Below are positions 58,608 through 64,000 of a stretch of DNA of 64,000 nt, piece after piece; within the stretch, counting starts at the first letter, position 1; each line of letters starts with the position of its first letter. A program made the position numbers and the translations under genes. Source of the stretch: a virus; IMG/VR virus record IMGVR_UViG_3300037502_002729, positions 32,001 through 96,000 of that record; one strand, given 5' to 3'. The notes under the pieces are model-generated. The model saw nothing but the letters and a program-made list of their open reading frames with translations. It was not told where the DNA came from and made no database searches.

Positions 58608-59748
58608 TTATTAATGATGTTATATTTTCAATGTTTTTAAGTGTCAAATCTTGGTGATTTGGAACATAGAAACCATAGTTATCAACTATTTCACAATTTG
58701 GTAATGAACCTTTTCCATAAATTTTAGTCCACATAGGCTTTTTTGACATATCCCCAGCAATTAATGGTCTAATCTCAATATTGTTGTTTAGTAATCTATC
58801 AACAATTTTATTTCTATTTTCATCAATAATAGGATATGCAAAATTTGAAATAAAATGTTCTTTTTTATCCAAAACATTAATCTTGTTATATTTAATTCTT
58901 TTTTTATACTCTTTGAAATTTATATTTCTTACTTGTGAATATTTTTCAAGTTTATCAATAGCTTTTAAACCAATAAATGCTTGTAAATCTGTTGACCTAA
59001 CATTAAACCCTGGTAAGTAGAATGTATATAATGAATCAAATTCATTTATGTTATTTTCATTCCTAAATTTATTTTGAATATGTTTTGGTAAATCTCTATC
59101 CCAGCCATGACTTCTCATCATTAGTAATGCATAATAAAAATCTTTATCATTTGTATTTATAAATCCACCCTCAATTGTACTCAAATGGTGTCCAAAATAT
59201 GTTGAAAAAAATGATGCAAACCCAAAAGACCCAAGATATTGATTATTATATTTTGAACCCATACTTTCACAAACATCCTCCAATAATATAACATCATATG
59301 TTTTGCACAAATTTATAATCTTTTCCATATCTGGAACTAAACCCAAAGGTGAAACTAAAATAAATGCAGAAGGATTATGTTCAATAAATAAAGTTTCCAA
59401 ATGTTGTAAATCACAGGATAAATCATATAAATTGCAATCACATAAAATTGGTTGTAATCCCAATAAAATTGGGGAACTAACATCAGTTGCCCAACTTAAC
59501 CCAGGAACAATTATCTTATTGTTTTTTAGTGTATTTGTATGTTTTAATGCTGCTAAAGACAAAAGTATTGCAGATGAACCTGAATTAACATACACAGAAT
59601 ACTTTGTACCAATTTTATTAGCCCATTTACTTTCTAACTCCCAAGTTAATTCACCTTTTGTTAATTTAGGTATTTCACCTTGAGTTAACCATTCTACTAA
59701 AGATTTTATATCATCTTTATCAATTGTATCACTTACTAATTTTATCAT
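58600..59748 (-). CDS. colD: DegT-family PLP enzyme, ColD-like GDP-4-keto-6-deoxymannose 3-dehydratase
   Basis: NSGSSA, EDVCESMG, STYFGHHLSTIEGG (His where aminotransferases have Lys), RSHGW. Confidence 0.75.
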   Translation of the reverse strand: MIKLVSDTIDKDDIKSLVEWLTQGEIPKLTKGELTWELESKWANKIGTKYSVYVNSGSSAILLSLAALKHTNTLKNNKIIVPGLSWATDVSSPILLGLQPILCDCNLYDLSCDLQHLETLFIEHNPSAFILVSPLGLVPDMEKIINLCKTYDVILLEDVCESMGSKYNNQYLGSFGFASFFSTYFGHHLSTIEGGFINTNDKDFYYALLMMRSHGWDRDLPKHIQNKFRNENNINEFDSLYTFYLPGFNVRSTDLQAFIGLKAIDKLEKYSQVRNINFKEYKKRIKYNKINVLDKKEHFISNFAYPIIDENRNKIVDRLLNNNIEIRPLIAGDMSKKPMWTKIYGKGSLPNCEIVDNYGFYVPNHQDLTLKNIENITSLINE

Positions 59749-60646
59749 AATATGAGTTGTAAATTAATTTTATTCCTTCTTCCAAAGATGTAAATGTAAA
59801 ATTAGGAAATATATTTTTAAACACCTTTGTTGAAACATCTTTTCTATATTGACCATTTGGTTTTGACTTGTCCCAAATTATTTTCATTTTTTCATTTTTT
59901 GTTGCTTTTAATGCTAATTTAGACATTTCTAATATTGATATATTTTCATTAGTTGCAACATTAAAACTACTAATGATATTTTTTTCAATTATTTCCTTAA
60001 TTATTTTAGCAAAATCATTAGCATACATAAACTGACGTAATGGTGTGCCATCTCCAAAAAGTGTTATTTCATTTAAATTATTCTTATTAGCATAATATAT
60101 TTTTTTAATTAAAGCTGTTAAAAAATGACTTTTATCCTCATTATCTTTATCCCCAATTCCATATAAATTACAAGGAATTAAATACTGATAGTTTAAATTA
60201 TATTGTTGGTTATAGGCATCAATTTGTGTAGCCATTAAACGTTTTGAATAAGCATATGTGAAGTTAGTTTTAGTTGGTGGTCCATTATGCAACATATATT
60301 CATCTAATGGATAAGTGTCAGACACATCTGGGTATATACAAGTACTCAAAATCCCAATAAATCTTTTAATATTAAATAACCTAGATTGCTCAATCACCAA
60401 TGTGTTCATTAATGTATTTTCCCTCAAGTAATCAGCTGGGTAATTTATATTATCTATAATACCCCCAACTCTTGCAGCTAAATGCACAACAATATTTGGG
60501 GTATGTGTTTTAAACATTTTAATAACATCAGTTTCTGATGTTAAATCAAAATCTTTTGATGATATATATATAGCATTGGGTAAAATCTTTTTAAGATAAC
60601 TACCAACTAATCCTGAACCACCTGTTACTAATATTTTATCTTCCAT
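59729..60646 (-). CDS. fcl: GDP-L-fucose/colitose synthase (epimerase-reductase)
   Basis: GGSGLVG, HLAARVGGI, STCIYP, YAYSK, PCNLYG, GDGTPLRQF. Confidence 0.9.
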   Translation of the reverse strand: MEDKILVTGGSGLVGSYLKKILPNAIYISSKDFDLTSETDVIKMFKTHTPNIVVHLAARVGGIIDNINYPADYLRENTLMNTLVIEQSRLFNIKRFIGILSTCIYPDVSDTYPLDEYMLHNGPPTKTNFTYAYSKRLMATQIDAYNQQYNLNYQYLIPCNLYGIGDKDNEDKSHFLTALIKKIYYANKNNLNEITLFGDGTPLRQFMYANDFAKIIKEIIEKNIISSFNVATNENISILEMSKLALKATKNEKMKIIWDKSKPNGQYRKDVSTKVFKNIFPNFTFTSLEEGIKLIYNSYYDKISK

Positions 60647-60659
60647 ACTAAATTTTTAT

Positions 60660-61439
60660 TTATAATTTTATCCAGCCTTCACAATACAAATCATCTGTGA
60701 TAAAACTAGAATTAGATAATCCAAACCAATTTTTTGGGGCAATTACTTGTTTATTTGAATATTCATTTAACCAAGCACCCCACCAACTAAATGTTGAATT
60801 TGCAATTATATTATTCTTACACATTGACATTAAATATAAATCCTCATAGTCTAAATTGTTCTCAACAAAAATACAATTATCCAAAAAATTAAAATTAGAT
60901 TTACACCAAGATATATCGTCTGAAATGATAAAATATAATACATCTAACCCAATAATATTAATTGCTTTTTTATAAAAATCCATATTTTGAACTGGATGAA
61001 CATTTTGTAATCCTACATAATCGCCTCTTCTAATGTGAATGGAGCATATATTCTCATTTTCTAAATTGGGGTATTTTTCATATAATTTATCTTTTACTGA
61101 TTTAGTAGGGGATAGTAAATTTTTTATTTGTTTTTTATTTTTGTTAAAATATTTTTCTGACTGGAAATACCCATCTATTATTGTTGGCAACTTAAAATCA
61201 GGTATTTTGTGGTAGTGGAAATGTGGCTCATAATATATATTATCATATGAAATATGATCATCTAATTTGATGTTTCTAAATATATTACCTAAATAAAATT
61301 CTAATGGTTTATGTACAACTTGAATATAATTTGGGTTTATACCATAATTGACATTTAAATCTATTGATTTAGAGTATCCAGCAGCTACTTGAAACAAGTA
61401 ATTGCCTAACCCTCCCTTTAATCTTGAGGATATTAACAT
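60660..61439 (-). CDS. GT11 alpha-1,2-fucosyl/colitosyl-transferase
   Basis: GGLGN.LFQ, GYFQSEKYF, HIRRGDY, NSTFSWWGA. Confidence 0.92.
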   Translation of the reverse strand: MLISSRLKGGLGNYLFQVAAGYSKSIDLNVNYGINPNYIQVVHKPLEFYLGNIFRNIKLDDHISYDNIYYEPHFHYHKIPDFKLPTIIDGYFQSEKYFNKNKKQIKNLLSPTKSVKDKLYEKYPNLENENICSIHIRRGDYVGLQNVHPVQNMDFYKKAINIIGLDVLYFIISDDISWCKSNFNFLDNCIFVENNLDYEDLYLMSMCKNNIIANSTFSWWGAWLNEYSNKQVIAPKNWFGLSNSSFITDDLYCEGWIKL

Positions 61440-62251
61440 TATTTATTTTCTTTTAATTTATTATATATAATATCATCAGGTAATATATATTTTTTTGATT
61501 CATTAAAATTATGTACTACTGATTCTAATTTTAGATTATATAAATCCTCATTTAAGTTAAAGATAATGTCTGACAAATCATCAATGTTGTTAAATGTTAT
61601 AATCCCATTTAAATCAAAAAAATCACCTATAGATGGACATCCCCAATAAATAGGTATTGTGCCAGTTCTAAAACAATCAATTAATTTTTCAGTAAACCAA
61701 TAATCTCTCTTACAGTTTTCAACAACTATATGAAATCTATAATCTTTTAAACCATCTATTTTAAATGGTATAGGATTATACCCTCTACCGTAAACATTTA
61801 TATCACTCCCATATTTTGATATAATATTATGTCTTAATATATGCCCATCAGTTGATTTTTTACCTGAAGAGATAATACTTATATTCTTTTTTTTATTATA
61901 AATTTTTTGATCACTAAAATTAATCCAACAACAGCCAAATGGTACCATTTCAAAAGGTTCACCTATATCTAATAATTCTTTTTCATGTGTAAAAACTTTT
62001 TTAAAATTTTTAATATTATTTATGACATAATCATAACTAAAGTTATTAATACACATTGGTTCTATTAGCCAAGCATAAGATTTTCCATTATTTATTGCTC
62101 TTGATAAAACTAAGTCTGTATATACAATAGTATCTTTATTATAATCTATGTTTTCTCTATCCCAAACAAAATTTTCTGATTTTTGAAAATCAGAGCAATA
62201 TCCTAAAACACTATGTGAAAAAGATGCATCTAATAATTTTACATTATCCAT
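61439..62251 (-). CDS. GT10-like fucosyltransferase
   Basis: YRFHIVVEN...WFTEKL.DCF..GTIPIYWG. Confidence 0.78.
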   Translation of the reverse strand: MDNVKLLDASFSHSVLGYCSDFQKSENFVWDRENIDYNKDTIVYTDLVLSRAINNGKSYAWLIEPMCINNFSYDYVINNIKNFKKVFTHEKELLDIGEPFEMVPFGCCWINFSDQKIYNKKKNISIISSGKKSTDGHILRHNIISKYGSDINVYGRGYNPIPFKIDGLKDYRFHIVVENCKRDYWFTEKLIDCFRTGTIPIYWGCPSIGDFFDLNGIITFNNIDDLSDIIFNLNEDLYNLKLESVVHNFNESKKYILPDDIIYNKLKENK

Positions 62252-62268
62252 AAATTATTTTATTAAAT

Positions 62269-62892
62269 TTAAAATTTAGTCCAGGCTTCCCAAACAAAGG
62301 GGTAATCAAATTTAATTTTAAAACCATTAGACATTAATTTACTTCTAATCATATCTCTCCTTTCAATAGCCCTATCAACACCTAAATGATATTGTATTTG
62401 TATATTTTTAAAATTATTTATTAGATTATAATCTAACATATACTCCATTAGTGAATATTCATCACCTTCAATGTTAATTTGTATTAAGTCAACAAAATTT
62501 ATATTATTATCTAAAAGTATTTTATCAATAGGTATTGTATTGATTTTAACTACTTCACCTACTTTAAAAGTAGTTGATGATGCATCATTAGATTTATATA
62601 AATCTTTCTCAACTTCTTTTGAATCTATTGACACTCCGCAATTTAAAACTTTAATATTATTATTATTACTAAATTTACTAACTAAGTTATTGAAAAATTC
62701 AGGAACAGGTTCAACTAAAAATATTTTAGGTTTTAATGATTTTAGTTTTTTTAATAAAACTTCACACCATAAACCATTATATGCACCTAAATCTATTATA
62801 ACTGAATTTTCATTAAATTCATAATCTATGATATGAGTGTTATCCCCATTATCTAAGAACCATTTATTTATACTTATTTGATTATTTTCCAT
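62269..62892 (-). CDS. FkbM-family methyltransferase
   Basis: IDLGAYNG, VEP, INIEGDEY. Confidence 0.85.
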   Translation of the reverse strand: MENNQISINKWFLDNGDNTHIIDYEFNENSVIIDLGAYNGLWCEVLLKKLKSLKPKIFLVEPVPEFFNNLVSKFSNNNNIKVLNCGVSIDSKEVEKDLYKSNDASSTTFKVGEVVKINTIPIDKILLDNNINFVDLIQINIEGDEYSLMEYMLDYNLINNFKNIQIQYHLGVDRAIERRDMIRSKLMSNGFKIKFDYPFVWEAWTKF

Positions 62893-62906
62893 ATTATATT
62901 AATTTT

Positions 62907-63530
62907 TTATTTTATCAACCAATCATAATCAATAACTTTATTCTCAATATCACTATACCCATTAAGTTGTTTTGCTATGGCTTTAGATGTAGAATATACA
63001 TTGTAACTTTTTTGTATTCCAGCATAAGTAACATCAATTGGATTATTAAATTTTGACAACCTTTCTAAAATTACATCATACATATTCTGATTAATAGCAA
63101 CAAAGTGAGTTGTGAATGTATTATGTAATTTTACAATTTTTTCATTTACTTTTTTAGGGGGCAAATCACCCATATGTGTATTATGATTACCTCCCAAATA
63201 CAACATATCCCAATCATCTGGTAGAACATCAAAATATGAGTCTATATTTAACACTTCATTAGTAAAATAACAATCATCTTCAAGGATTAAAATATTTTTG
63301 TAATTACTATTCTTTGCCTCTTTAATAATTTCAATATTTGATAAAATCAATCCAACACATCCATTAGGTATTCGATAAGTGTTAATTATATTACTACCAT
63401 TAATTGCTTTGAAAAAAGATAAATTACCTAAATTATATTTGGCGCATTCAGATAAAATATGATTCTTTCTATCTTCTCTATGTTCTAAATTAATGCAATA
63501 CACTTTATCAAACCTATCAAATAATTTCAT
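62907..63530 (-). CDS. GT25-family glycosyltransferase
   Basis: CINL..R.DR, ILEDD, WDMLYLG; start MKLFD at 63530. Confidence 0.85.
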   Translation of the reverse strand: MKLFDRFDKVYCINLEHREDRKNHILSECAKYNLGNLSFFKAINGSNIINTYRIPNGCVGLILSNIEIIKEAKNSNYKNILILEDDCYFTNEVLNIDSYFDVLPDDWDMLYLGGNHNTHMGDLPPKKVNEKIVKLHNTFTTHFVAINQNMYDVILERLSKFNNPIDVTYAGIQKSYNVYSTSKAIAKQLNGYSDIENKVIDYDWLIK

Positions 63531-64000
63531 TTTTAAAATTTTTAGTAATAATTTTATGGTACAATTCTTTAATATTTTTATTAGCTTCTGTTGAAATAGT
63601 TCCTGTACTTTCATGATGAAAATAAACAAACATTGGCTTTTGTATTCTCTTGCCAACATAACCATTTAACCCCATTCTAATCCAAAAATCATAATCTTCC
63701 CAACCCATTAATGTTTCATCAAAACCATTACAAATATCAAAAGCCTCTCTATGAAACATAGAACAATTTACAATAAACGGACCATTCTTTAATTGTTCCA
63801 TAGACCATTCAGGTCTTTTCTCAATACCTTGCATTTCACCAATATGTATTGTATCACAATAAACTGGGCTAATCTTTTTATTTTTATTTAAAATTTTAAC
63901 ACAAGTATCAATATATTCTGGAATAATCATATCATCAGCATCTAATGGTAATATATATTGACCTATTGAATTTTTTATACCATTATTTCTAGCATTTGAT
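63517..64000 (-). CDS. GT2-family glycosyltransferase (5' end outside window)
   Basis: Frame open to edge: ARNNGI...LPLDADD...GFDE...EDYDFW. Confidence 0.85.
   Translation of the reverse strand, partial: SNARNNGIKNSIGQYILPLDADDMIIPEYIDTCVKILNKNKKISPVYCDTIHIGEMQGIEKRPEWSMEQLKNGPFIVNCSMFHREAFDICNGFDETLMGWEDYDFWIRMGLNGYVGKRIQKPMFVYFHHESTGTISTEANKNIKELYHKIITKNFKNEII

Noticed and set aside
24214-62824. Many antisense or alternate-frame ORFs of 60-135 aa (e.g. 24341-24739, 36813-37160, 42823-43200, 51020-51424, 59303-59683)
   Set aside because: Shadows of real genes, favoured by repeats and low-complexity codons; no independent signals.
1765-63665. Longest-ORF starts at 1809, 4008, 12119, 22012, 22551, 27708, 35883, 41619, 43834, 63665
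   Set aside because: The extensions run through promoter motifs or upstream genes; downstream ATGs with A-rich leaders fit better.
1-64000. Stop-codon reassignment
   Set aside because: Core genes are full length in the standard code with high coding density; TAG and TGA terminate genes at sensible positions.
54144-64000. Bacterial O-antigen locus (host DNA or prophage boundary)
   Set aside because: No wzx/wzy/wzm seen; the genes are continuous and co-oriented with phoH, the sigma-like gene and baseplate-like genes, with similar composition.

Overview
AT-rich, gene-dense 64-kb segment of a large T4-like (jumbo-type) tailed phage. The host is probably a Bacteroidota, inferred from TTTG-N19/20-TAnnTTTG promoters, A-rich leaders without Shine-Dalgarno sites and a tmRNA tag that starts with Gly. 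The window carries: the head module (large terminase, gp20-like portal, gp21-like protease, acidic scaffold, gp23-like major capsid protein); a gp55-like late sigma factor with a recurrent TATTTATA upstream motif; a proteostasis set (tmRNA, ClpP, N-domain-less ClpC, Hsp20, M20/M28 peptidase, thioredoxin); nucleotide enzymes (ThyX-like, nucleoside deoxyribosyltransferase, HAD nucleotidase, PhoH); two peptidoglycan hydrolases with holin-like genes; and a sugar cluster (Gmd, His-type ColD, Fcl/ColC, GT2/4/10/11/25, FkbM). The most striking unexplained system is a family of 18 small leucine-rich-repeat genes in three tandem arrays. They share conserved N- and C-caps around 2-9 60-bp repeat modules (about 84 in total, counted by eye) that vary at the predicted binding face. 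Modules are shared mosaically between paralogs, and one gene-deletion scar is visible. This looks like a recombination-diversified binder repertoire. All calls come from reading motifs by eye; no database searches were run.
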